Positions 55,685 through 64,000 of a stretch of DNA of 64,000 nucleotides are shown here, piece after piece. Each line of letters starts with the position of its first letter. Position 1 is the first letter of the stretch. The DNA is from Thermoplasmata archaeon (GTDB lineage: Archaea > Thermoplasmatota > Thermoplasmata > Lutacidiplasmatales > UBA184), in the NCBI GenBank assembly GCA_022750055.1, contig JAKIWL010000002.1, forward strand, positions 341,042 through 405,041, given 5' to 3'. The notes under the pieces were generated by a model, which was not told where the DNA came from, ran no database searches, and worked only from the letters and a program-made list of their open reading frames with translations. The translations under genes were made by a program, and so were the position numbers.

Positions 55685-58255
55685 GTTAGCGAGCGGGTCG
55701 GCGGGCGCCGCGGGGCCCCCTTCGTCGACGAGTTCCGACGCACCCGCGATCTTGCGGACCCGTACGACGCGGTCCGCGATGCCGTTCAACGCCGCCTCGT
55801 GCGAGACCAGGATCACCTGCGGGACGCCGAGCTCACGGAGGAGCTCCCCCATTCGTTGGACCTGCTCCGGAGAGAATCCATCGGTGGGCTCGTCGAGGAT
55901 CAGGGTCGAGAGATGGAGGCGGTCGAGGGACCGGACCACATCCCCGAGGGCCAACCGGAAAGCGAGGGCGAGCGCGGTCCGCTCGCCTCCGCTCAACGCT
56001 TCGGCCGGGGTCAGCTCGCCGTCGATCTCGACGGACGGGTTGAACTGCGGGTCGGACCGGGCCACGAACGATGGGTCTTCGATGAGCGCCGCGAAGTACC
56101 GTCCGAAGCTCCGGTCGAACTCGACCTTGGCGCGCGCGAGGAGTCGGTGCTCGAGCTCGAGCATGGCATCCCGGAACGGACCGGTGAGGAATCCGGCGAC
56201 GGCCTGGACCTCCTGGGCGGAGTCGCGGAGGCGCTCCCGTTCGCGCACCCGTGCCCGCGCGACCGCGATCCGTCGACGAGCGGACTCGCTTTCGCTTTCG
56301 GCGCGATGCTGCCGACCCACCCAGGACTCGACCGTCAAGCGCGCGGACTCTAGCTCCCGCGCGCACGAGGTCAGCTCGAGCTCGACCGCGACCGCCCCCT
56401 CCTGGGAACGAGACAGCTCCTGCTGGCGAAGCGACCACTCTTTCGCGCGAGCGTGGTCGACCTCCGTGTCGACTCGCAGTTGGACGATCTCCTGCCGAAG
56501 CGATTCGAGGGTCTCGGTCCGCAACCCCAGCTCGCGCAGGGATCGATCCGCACCCGTCAGCTCCGACGACAGCCGCTCTTGGTCGGAGGCGGCCGTCCGG
56601 AGTCGCTCCTGGGCCCCTCGAAGCTCCTCCATCCGTGGGGTCAATCGGCCGACCGTCGATTCCGTCTCGAGGAGCTCACGCTCCGTGGCAGCAAGGGACG
56701 CCTCCCGTCGGTGTATCTCCTCCAGGATCCGGACCTCTTCGGAGCGCGCCTGCCGACGGCGTTGGTCGACTGCCTCCCAAGCGAGGCGGCCCCGTTCGTA
56801 GGATTCCCGGGTCGCGCGCTCTTCGGAGAGCGCCTCGCGGGATCGTATCGCCTCGCGGTACTCTTCCCTCGCATCGTCCAGGGCGGCGGCCACTTCGGCC
56901 CGGTGGACGTGGAAGGCCGATGCCGTTACGGCCTGACCACACTGGGGGCAGATCCCCCGGGCGATTAGGTCGTCCGTTTCGGCGAGCGACCGTTCGAGCC
57001 GGTGGAGATCCCCCGCTCGGGCCTCCGACACGGAGACCGCCCCGGTCCACGCCGAATCGACCTCGGCGATGGAGCGTGTCGTGGGCTCTACGGGGGGATC
57101 TCGCGGCGATTCCGCCTCGGACCGGGCGAGTGCCGCCGAGGCCCGTGCGCGCTCGGCGAGGGCTCGGTCGAGAGATTCCCGGTCTTGGACCCGACGCGCT
57201 TGGGCGTCACGCCGACGAGCCTCGGCCACGTCGAGTTCGCGCAGGTTTGCCTGACCCCGGCCCACCGTCTCGGTGAGCTCGGCCACGGCGCGACGCGCGA
57301 ATTCGGTCCGAACGCGCAGCGCCTCCACCTCCTTCGAGGCCTCCTTGAGTCGCCCGACCTCGTTGACCATCGAGTGCTCCTTCGCGAGCGCGACCGATAG
57401 CCGCTCGGCCCGGGTCCGCATGGTGAGGTCGAGCTCCTTCGTGCGCGCCTCGAGCTCATGGAGCTCCCGCCGATCACCTTCGAGGCGTCGAGCCCGAGCC
57501 TGCGCGGCATCGAGACGAGCCGAGATCTCAGCGACCTTGCGACGTCCGTCGGCCTCGCCTCGATCTGAGTCGGCGCGCGCCCGCTCCGCGCTGCGCAGGG
57601 CCTCCTCGCCTTCGAGAAGGTCGGTCTCGCTCTGTCGAAGCGCTTCGGCTTGCTCGAGCTGTTGAGCCGAATCCCGCCGGAGGTCGTGGGCGACGAGCTT
57701 TGCGTTCTCGGCGGCAGCTCGATACCGCTCGAGTCCGAGCGCCTTTCGGACGGTTTCGAGTCGCGCGTCGCTGTCGTCGCTCTCGAGGATCTGGCGCATT
57801 CGCTCCTGCGGAACATAGACGGCCCATCGCCACAGGTCGGAGTGCGCGCGCGGATTGGGGTTGTCCGGAAAACCGAGCAGGTCGATCGCCCGTTGCCGGA
57901 GCTCGGTGGCCGGGTACCGGGTCATCGCCCCGTCCGTGGATAGTCCCGTCCCCTTCTCGTCCGTCTCGAAGAGGTCCCGCCCCCGGCGCATCCGACGGTG
58001 GAAGCGGCGAGTGAACACGTAGACGTGGGCGTCGTCGGCGATCGTCAGGCTCACTTCGGCCGTGCTCGCTCGATGTCGGATGAGGTGGGCCGGATCGACC
58101 TCTGAGAATCCGAAGAGGGCCATCTCGATGGCGTGCAAGAGCGAGGTCTTGCCCGCACCGACGTCCCCCCACAGGAGGCTCGTTCCAGGACCCAGGGTGA
58201 GGTTCGCCGATTCGAAGCTGCGGATGTTCCGGACGCGGATCCCGCGGATCTCCAT
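55673..58255 (-). CDS. rad50: DNA double-strand break repair ATPase Rad50
   Basis: NIRSF, GDVGAGKTS, Q-loop YVPQ, long coiled coil with CPQCG zinc hook, LSGGE, LILDEPT, VSH. Confidence 0.93.
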   Translation of the reverse strand: MEIRGIRVRNIRSFESANLTLGPGTSLLWGDVGAGKTSLLHAIEMALFGFSEVDPAHLIRHRASTAEVSLTIADDAHVYVFTRRFHRRMRRGRDLFETDEKGTGLSTDGAMTRYPATELRQRAIDLLGFPDNPNPRAHSDLWRWAVYVPQERMRQILESDDSDARLETVRKALGLERYRAAAENAKLVAHDLRRDSAQQLEQAEALRQSETDLLEGEEALRSAERARADSDRGEADGRRKVAEISARLDAAQARARRLEGDRRELHELEARTKELDLTMRTRAERLSVALAKEHSMVNEVGRLKEASKEVEALRVRTEFARRAVAELTETVGRGQANLRELDVAEARRRDAQARRVQDRESLDRALAERARASAALARSEAESPRDPPVEPTTRSIAEVDSAWTGAVSVSEARAGDLHRLERSLAETDDLIARGICPQCGQAVTASAFHVHRAEVAAALDDAREEYREAIRSREALSEERATRESYERGRLAWEAVDQRRRQARSEEVRILEEIHRREASLAATERELLETESTVGRLTPRMEELRGAQERLRTAASDQERLSSELTGADRSLRELGLRTETLESLRQEIVQLRVDTEVDHARAKEWSLRQQELSRSQEGAVAVELELTSCARELESARLTVESWVGRQHRAESESESARRRIAVARARVRERERLRDSAQEVQAVAGFLTGPFRDAMLELEHRLLARAKVEFDRSFGRYFAALIEDPSFVARSDPQFNPSVEIDGELTPAEALSGGERTALALAFRLALGDVVRSLDRLHLSTLILDEPTDGFSPEQVQRMGELLRELGVPQVILVSHEAALNGIADRVVRVRKIAGASELVDEGGPAAPADPLANLQE

Positions 58256-58258
58256 CGC

Positions 58259-59542
58259 CTACTCCGGCGGCGCGACGCGTTGTCCCAGCGTTCGCCGGGC
58301 CGCCTCGACGCGCTGAACCTCGTAATCAACGCGCGATTCACCCTCCGAGGGCAGCCGGCCGAGTTCGTGCAGGAGCTCGCGGAGGAGTCGATTCGGGGAA
58401 CCGGAGCGCGCGAGCGAAGGGGGCAACTCCGGCTCGAGACGGGCCAGGATCTCACCCTCCAGGCCCTCGGTGGTGACGGGCGGACCGAGCGCGTCCGCCG
58501 ACACCGTCGAAAGGCCGGTGACATCCCAATGGATCGCCCCCCCCTCCTCGACGTTTCCTCGGGGTCCCGACCGACGCAGCCCCAGCATGCCGACCGACCC
58601 GTCTGAGAGGGTGCCATGGACGCGGGGGAACAGGAGGGCACCGGGAGCCTCCCGACGCTCAATCTCCTCTTCGAGTCGCTTCTTCGCCGCCGCCGCGCTC
58701 TCCCCCGTAACGTCGATGTCGAACACTTGCAGGTCCTTCGGAGCGGTGTCGACGAACTCCGCCCGGGGGATCCCATCTTGGACCGTTACGATGACGACGC
58801 CCTGGTGGGTCCGACCTCGTGCCGCGTTCTCGACGTCCGTGGTCGAGGTGCCGAAGACGGCGCCCGGGTTGACGAGGAGGCCCGATCCGTTGGGACCGGT
58901 CCCTTCGTAGCTGACGTGAATGTGGCCCCCGGCGTAGTAGTCGCAGCCGCTGGGGAGGTCCTCCTTGGAGATCCCCTGAATATGCGCCTGCATCGAGGGT
59001 GGCAGGTACTCATTCACCGCCGCGTGGAACTGAAAGATCTTGAAGCCGGGCTCGGCGCGGAACGATTCCGAGTCGACCGCCAGGAAATACCCCCGATCGA
59101 GCCCTTGGGCGCGACCGGAGATCCCTGCGATCCGGCAGCCGGTCGGCGGGTCGACCAGGAACGGGAGCGTGAAGCGGTCCCCCTCCGAGCGGACCGGTGG
59201 TGGGGCGGCCCGCAGGAAGAGCCCAGACTCGGCGAGGACATCGAGCCAGCTGGTCCGATGGGCCACGTAGTCGTGGGAGCCGTAGATGACGTAGATCCGG
59301 CGTCCCCGGTCCGCGAGCTTTCGAAGGGCCGCCGCGATGGGGGCGACCTCGACGGGGTCGGGGACGGGGGTATGGAATAGGTCGCCCGAGATGAGGAGGA
59401 ACTGACAGTCGCGTTCGTCGACGACCGTGAACGTACGCAGGAGCGTTTCGCGAAGGGCTCGACGGATCGCCGGCTCCCTCGGCCAGGCTCCGACGTGCGC
59501 GTCAGCCAGATGGGCGAAGACGAAGTTCGTGCTCGGCCTCAT
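58259..59542 (-). CDS. mre11: DNA repair nuclease Mre11
   Basis: HLADAHVG, SGDLF, GSHD, FH, YYAGGHIH, NPG; 3 bp upstream of rad50. Confidence 0.92.
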   Translation of the reverse strand: MRPSTNFVFAHLADAHVGAWPREPAIRRALRETLLRTFTVVDERDCQFLLISGDLFHTPVPDPVEVAPIAAALRKLADRGRRIYVIYGSHDYVAHRTSWLDVLAESGLFLRAAPPPVRSEGDRFTLPFLVDPPTGCRIAGISGRAQGLDRGYFLAVDSESFRAEPGFKIFQFHAAVNEYLPPSMQAHIQGISKEDLPSGCDYYAGGHIHVSYEGTGPNGSGLLVNPGAVFGTSTTDVENAARGRTHQGVVIVTVQDGIPRAEFVDTAPKDLQVFDIDVTGESAAAAKKRLEEEIERREAPGALLFPRVHGTLSDGSVGMLGLRRSGPRGNVEEGGAIHWDVTGLSTVSADALGPPVTTEGLEGEILARLEPELPPSLARSGSPNRLLRELLHELGRLPSEGESRVDYEVQRVEAARRTLGQRVAPPE

Positions 59543-59551
59543 CAGAGCGCG

Positions 59552-59926
59552 TCACTTCGGCCCGAGGGCCCGAGGGCCTTCCGCACTCCGCTTGAGGATC
59601 GCGGCGAGCAATCCGGCCCCGGCGCCGAGCGCGAGGAGGCCGAGGGCAACATCCTCATCCCGCATCGGGATCGTGATCGGGGTCCCCCCAGGCGGGGGGG
59701 GGGCCATCGTTCGACCTCCCCCGCGTGGCGGCGGGGGGAGGGTCGCCTGTCGGACAGCCTGGGCCGCCGTCGCCAGGGAATCCTGCATGAGCCCGAAGAG
59801 CTCGGTCGCCTCCTCCATCGTGATCTGTCGGTTCCGGAGTCTCGCTACGAGGTAGCCGTACCGAGGGCTCGAAGGGAGAAAGACCGCGGGGACCACGGCC
59901 GGCGTAGAGACTGGGATATCGTCCAC
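59552..59926 (-). CDS. Hypothetical protein with C-terminal hydrophobic helix, upstream of mre11
   Basis: RLRNRQITMEEATELF helical segment, Pro-rich linker, LGLLALGAGAGLLAAIL; 9 bp from mre11. Confidence 0.7.
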   Translation of the reverse strand: MDDIPVSTPAVVPAVFLPSSPRYGYLVARLRNRQITMEEATELFGLMQDSLATAAQAVRQATLPPPPRGGGRTMAPPPPGGTPITIPMRDEDVALGLLALGAGAGLLAAILKRSAEGPRALGPK

Positions 59927-60069
59927 GTGCTCGGAGATTCATCCCACCCTATCAAGGGTTCCACAGCCGTGGACCTGCAAGGTGGGGAGGCCAGACCCGG
60001 CGGGTTTCAGAACGGCATCCTCCGTGGGCATCGATAGGGTTTAGAGGGGAGCCGGCCCGTCGCCGAGCG

Positions 60070-60438
60070 ATGGTGGACCAAACGGGTCCGGGGGAACCCC
60101 CCGCCGCGGACGATGGGAAGCATCTGCACGTTCGCGTGAAGGATTCCCGCAACGCGATCTACGACCTTATCACCGAGTACCTCCAGGCCGCCGGAAAGGC
60201 GGCCGACTGGTACTGGCGAACCGCCGGTCGGCTCGAAGGGACCGACTCGGAGAATCTGGAGGAACTCCTCGCCTCGGCGTTCGAGGCGGGAGCGTTCATC
60301 GCGCACGATCATCCGGAGGAGCTCACCTTCCGCTGGGTCGATGAGAACGAGTGCGAGCGCGAGCGGAAGGCCGACGAGCGAAGCTCGGACCGGGATGGGA
60401 CCCGCAAGGAACGCGGAACGATGAGCCACTACGCTTAG
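60070..60438 (+). CDS. Hypothetical acidic helical protein
   Basis: Clean ORF between divergent and convergent neighbours, normal composition. Confidence 0.65.
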   Translation: MVDQTGPGEPPAADDGKHLHVRVKDSRNAIYDLITEYLQAAGKAADWYWRTAGRLEGTDSENLEELLASAFEAGAFIAHDHPEELTFRWVDENECERERKADERSSDRDGTRKERGTMSHYA

Positions 60439-60465
60439 GCGGACCTCTCTCGAAGGCCGGGCCGT

Positions 60466-62604
60466 CTAGATCCCTATGACGTGGTGGGCCACGATGAGCG
60501 CGATCAGGAGGATCGAGATCGTGTTCACCACCTTGATGAGCGGGTTGATGGCCGGCCCGGCGGTGTCCTTCGTGGCATCCCCTACGGTGTCACCGACGAC
60601 GGCAGCCTTGTGGGCGTCGGAGTGCTTCCCGCCGTAGTGGCCCTCCTCGATGTACTTCTTTCCGTTGTCCCAGGCTCCGCCGCCGGTCGTCATCGTCAGG
60701 GCAAGCGGGAAGCCGGAGAGGATGACCCCGAGCAAGAGGCCGGCGAGGGCGTCCGGTCCGAGCAGGAAACCGACGACCACCGGGGTCACGACGCCCAACG
60801 CCGCGGGCACTGCGAGCTGGCGGAGCGCGACCGCGGTGACGATGTCCACGCATCGGCCGTACTCGGGCTTCGCGGTTCCCGCCATGATGCCCGGGATCTC
60901 CTTGAACTGACGACGGACCTCGAAGACGATCGCCTGGGCGGCGATGCCCACGGCGTTCATCAGGAACGACGTGAAGAAGAACGGAAGCACCCCGCCGATG
61001 ACGAGTCCAGCAACGACGAGAGGGTTGTCGATCTGAAGGTGCGCTGTGAACTGCGCCCAGGCGAGATCCGGCGAGAGATTTGGATACGCGTCGCGCGCCG
61101 CCGCGAAGGTGTAGGCCGCAAAGAGCGCGAGGGCCGCTAGGACCGCCGACCCGATCGCATACCCCTTGGTGACCGCCTTCGTGGTGTTCCCGACGGCGTC
61201 CAGTGGATCGGTCACGGCCCGCGCCTCCGGCGGGAGGTTGGCCATTTCGGCGATCCCGCCGGCGTTGTCGGTGATCGGTCCGAAGGCGTCGATCGAGATG
61301 ATCATCCCCGTTACCGCGAGCATGCTCGCCGCCGCGAGGCCGATCCCATAGAGACCGAGCTCCGCGTTGATCGTGACCGAACCCCACGCGCCCGTCCAGC
61401 CCACGGCCGCGTACGAACCGAGGATGGCGGAGACGATGACCAGCCCCGGCATCCAGGCCGATTCGAGCCCGACGGACAGCCCCGTGATGACCGTCGGTCC
61501 GCCGCCGGCTTGGGCCGCTTCGGCGATCCGGCGTACCGGCGAGTACTTCGAGGAGGTGTAGTAGTCCGTGATCACGACGATCAGGATCATGACGATGAGG
61601 CCGATCGCCGTCGCGATGAAGATCCCCGGGCTCCCGCCCATGAACTCATAATCGAGCAGGTACAGGCCGCCGAGGCCGACCGCCGTCGTGGCCCCGAGAC
61701 CCTGGTAGAGGGCCCCCATGATCGATCCGCCCGCGCGCATCCGGACGAAAGCGGCGCCGACGATCGTGGCCACGATCGCCCACGCGCACACGAGGAGAGG
61801 GTACAGGACCGCGTTCGGGAACTGCGCGGTCACGGGGGCGATGAGGTACGCGAGCAGCATCGCCGACACCGCGGTCACGACGTAGGTCTCGAACAGGTCG
61901 GCCGCCATCCCCGCGCAATCCCCGACGTTGTCGCCCACGTTATCCGCGATGACGGCCGGGTTGCGGGGGTCGTCCTCGGGGATCCCGGCCTCCACCTTGC
62001 CGACCAGGTCGGCGCCCACGTCGGCTCCCTTCGTGTAGATCCCGCCGCCGACCCGCGCGAACAGGCTCATCAACGACGCGCCGAAAAGGACCCCGACCAT
62101 CGAGAGGACGTTCCCCCCGAATCCGGCGTAGAACCCGACGAGCTCGAGGAGGGCGAGGCCGGCGACAGACATGCCCGTGACCGAGCCGCCCCGGAAGGCG
62201 TATCGCATGGTCGCGCCGAGGTCGCCCTTCCGGGCGTGGGCGGCCGTCCGAACGTTCGCCCGGACCGAGACGAGCATCCCGATCGCTCCGGCGAGCGCGC
62301 TCCCCCCCGCTCCGGCGAGGAACCCGACCGCGAGCATCCACCCGTCGTGCGCCGAGTCATACTCGAACGCAACGCCGATGAGGACCGAGAGGACCGCGGC
62401 CACGGCGAAGACGGCCGTGTACTCGCGCCGGAGGAACGCTTCCGCCCCCTCTCGGATCGCCGCGGCGATCGAGCGCATCTTCTCGTCGCCCTCCTCCTCT
62501 CGGAGGAGCAGGATGGTCTGCACCCCGGCATACGCGAGCGACAACAAGCTCGCGATCAGGATCACGAGCTCCAACTGTCCGGTCGAAAGGGCCGTCATGG
62601 TCAC
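60466..62604 (-). CDS. hppA: Membrane-bound H+-translocating pyrophosphatase (K+-independent type)
   Basis: GGGIYTKGADVGADLVGKVE, DNVGDNVGD, GPITDNAGG, GNTTKA (Lys marks the K+-independent type), GDTVGD..KD. Confidence 0.95.
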   Translation of the reverse strand: MTMTALSTGQLELVILIASLLSLAYAGVQTILLLREEEGDEKMRSIAAAIREGAEAFLRREYTAVFAVAAVLSVLIGVAFEYDSAHDGWMLAVGFLAGAGGSALAGAIGMLVSVRANVRTAAHARKGDLGATMRYAFRGGSVTGMSVAGLALLELVGFYAGFGGNVLSMVGVLFGASLMSLFARVGGGIYTKGADVGADLVGKVEAGIPEDDPRNPAVIADNVGDNVGDCAGMAADLFETYVVTAVSAMLLAYLIAPVTAQFPNAVLYPLLVCAWAIVATIVGAAFVRMRAGGSIMGALYQGLGATTAVGLGGLYLLDYEFMGGSPGIFIATAIGLIVMILIVVITDYYTSSKYSPVRRIAEAAQAGGGPTVITGLSVGLESAWMPGLVIVSAILGSYAAVGWTGAWGSVTINAELGLYGIGLAAASMLAVTGMIISIDAFGPITDNAGGIAEMANLPPEARAVTDPLDAVGNTTKAVTKGYAIGSAVLAALALFAAYTFAAARDAYPNLSPDLAWAQFTAHLQIDNPLVVAGLVIGGVLPFFFTSFLMNAVGIAAQAIVFEVRRQFKEIPGIMAGTAKPEYGRCVDIVTAVALRQLAVPAALGVVTPVVVGFLLGPDALAGLLLGVILSGFPLALTMTTGGGAWDNGKKYIEEGHYGGKHSDAHKAAVVGDTVGDATKDTAGPAINPLIKVVNTISILLIALIVAHHVIGI

Positions 62605-62744
62605 ATCAGTAAGGATTGAGGCGGTTCATCGAGGACGATATTAAAGCGCTCGGGTCCCAGAGGATACCGAGCTGGGCCCATTGCGTCCTCTCCCCGGGCT
62701 GTCGACGTCGCCCCGCTAGACTCCCTCTAGGCTGGGGGCCCTCG

Positions 62745-63998
62745 TCAGACCTGAGGGGGGGACCGGCGACGCCGCCCGGTCAACGCGACCAGCAACAGCA
62801 CGCCAGCCAGGACCGCGATGCCGACGCCTATCAGGGCATAGACGGTAGTCGTGCCGGAGTCTGTCCCTCCGCCTCCGCCTCCCCCTCCGGGGTTTCCGCC
62901 GGAGGAGGTCCCGGTCACCTGAATTGCGACGCTCGAGCTCGGGACCGTGATCCCGTCCGCATCCGTCACCTCCACGGAGATCGTGGCGTTTCCTGAGGTC
63001 GTGGGACGGAAGACGAAGTTGGAGCTGGCGCTCGCCGGCCCGGTCGACGCCTGGTCGATGAACCACTGGAATTGGAACGGCGGCAGCCCTCCCTCGACGG
63101 ACGTCGTGAGCTCGAGGGACCCGCCAACCGGTAGGGTCGGGATCGCGGTGCTCGAGGGATTCACCAGCGTGAGGGAGACTACGGCGAGCGGCACGACGAG
63201 CAGGGTCGTGGTGTTGTTCGCCTCCCCGCCCAGCGAATCGACAAGCCTAACCGTCACGTTGATCAAGCCGGCCGACAGCGGCGTGTAGCTGAACGACTTC
63301 GGGCACGCGGCAGAGGGCCCGATCGAAACGCCTCCTGCGAACCAGGAACACTTGTAGGGAGGAAGCCCCCCCGAGTCGGTTAGCGACAAGGCCGAGCTGT
63401 GGCTCAAGTCCATGGCCGCCGGAGTGAGGGAGACCGACAGGGCGAGGGCGGGATTCACCTTCCAGGAAACGGAGTTTGCGGGGGCGGACTGGCCGAATGA
63501 ACTCACCGCGACCACGGTCACGGCATACGCGCCAGGCGCGCTCGGACGACAGACCACGGAGGACGTGGATCCCCCGCACCCCGCGGGAAGTCCGGTCCAG
63601 ACGTAAGTGAACGGTGCCCCGAAGCCAAACGTGCGGGCGGTCAGCCGGTTCGTTTGGCCCGGATCGGTCACGGCGGCCGATTCTTGGAGCGAGGAGGCGT
63701 CGGAGTACTGGACCACGTCCGAGGTGATCGTAGCCAGGTCCGTCGAGAGGTCGCCCGGCGTCAGCTGGGCCACGATCGTGTGATTGTACCAGGCAGCAAA
63801 GGGTGTCGAGGTTTGCAGGGAGGTAAAGCGCTTGGAGGTGTTAGACCAGAAGCTCGCGATGCCGATCAGCTGAGCGGCTCCCAAGCTGATGACCTTCTCC
63901 TCGCCGACATAGGTCCCGTTCGCCGTGACGTTGTCGTTCGAATCCCATGCCTGGACCGTGCGTGGACCCGAACTGGGGACGACCGTATCGGAGAAGGT
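62745..63998 (-). CDS. 3' part of an exported PKD/Ig-like repeat protein with C-terminal TM anchor (starts beyond the window)
   Basis: Frame open to the window edge; GG.PPY...W repeats, W.GLPAGC...C, TM plus RRRR. Confidence 0.82.
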   Translation of the reverse strand, partial: TFSDTVVPSSGPRTVQAWDSNDNVTANGTYVGEEKVISLGAAQLIGIASFWSNTSKRFTSLQTSTPFAAWYNHTIVAQLTPGDLSTDLATITSDVVQYSDASSLQESAAVTDPGQTNRLTARTFGFGAPFTYVWTGLPAGCGGSTSSVVCRPSAPGAYAVTVVAVSSFGQSAPANSVSWKVNPALALSVSLTPAAMDLSHSSALSLTDSGGLPPYKCSWFAGGVSIGPSAACPKSFSYTPLSAGLINVTVRLVDSLGGEANNTTTLLVVPLAVVSLTLVNPSSTAIPTLPVGGSLELTTSVEGGLPPFQFQWFIDQASTGPASASSNFVFRPTTSGNATISVEVTDADGITVPSSSVAIQVTGTSSGGNPGGGGGGGGTDSGTTTVYALIGVGIAVLAGVLLLVALTGRRRRSPPQV

Positions 63999-64000
63999 CC

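Overview
GC-rich archaeal chromosomal segment, most likely Thermoplasmata-like (inferred from Hjc, RFC-L, ABCE1/RLI, MptA, Mre11/Rad50, SAMP/UbaA and TATA boxes about 25 bp upstream of many starts). It is densely coding, with about 50 CDSs and two tRNA genes. I found no transposase, integrase, prophage or CRISPR array. Main blocks: KaiC-like ATPase/EVE/HD hydrolase; a giant TPR protein followed by a 4-gene membrane/SPFH/zinc-ribbon operon; an MCM-like AAA+ ATPase head-to-head with Hjc; thiolase-like/DUF35/3-hydroxyacyl-CoA dehydrogenase/CoA ligase; five exported membrane-anchored glycoprotein-like proteins; hutU, tnaA, marC; mptA-LolCDE-like-RLI; UbaA/SAMP, a SufR-like regulator and a rearranged SUF cluster with ferredoxin and a B12-radical SAM enzyme; mre11-rad50; hppA. 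Best leads: (1) a tRNA-Ser(GCT) hidden under a mis-extended ORF, with a 30-nt T-loop (59/60) intron in a relaxed BHB motif; (2) an N-terminally atypical MCM-like ATPase sharing a bidirectional promoter with Hjc; (3) an ~80-aa insertion in RFC-L that resembles a GH42 beta-galactosidase subdomain; (4) a TPR+RING-like protein next to a PspA-less SPFH/zinc-ribbon operon; (5) a 27-bp motif shared by the sufR and sufB promoters; (6) several candidate structured RNAs. All protein assignments come from motif recognition by eye; no database search was run.
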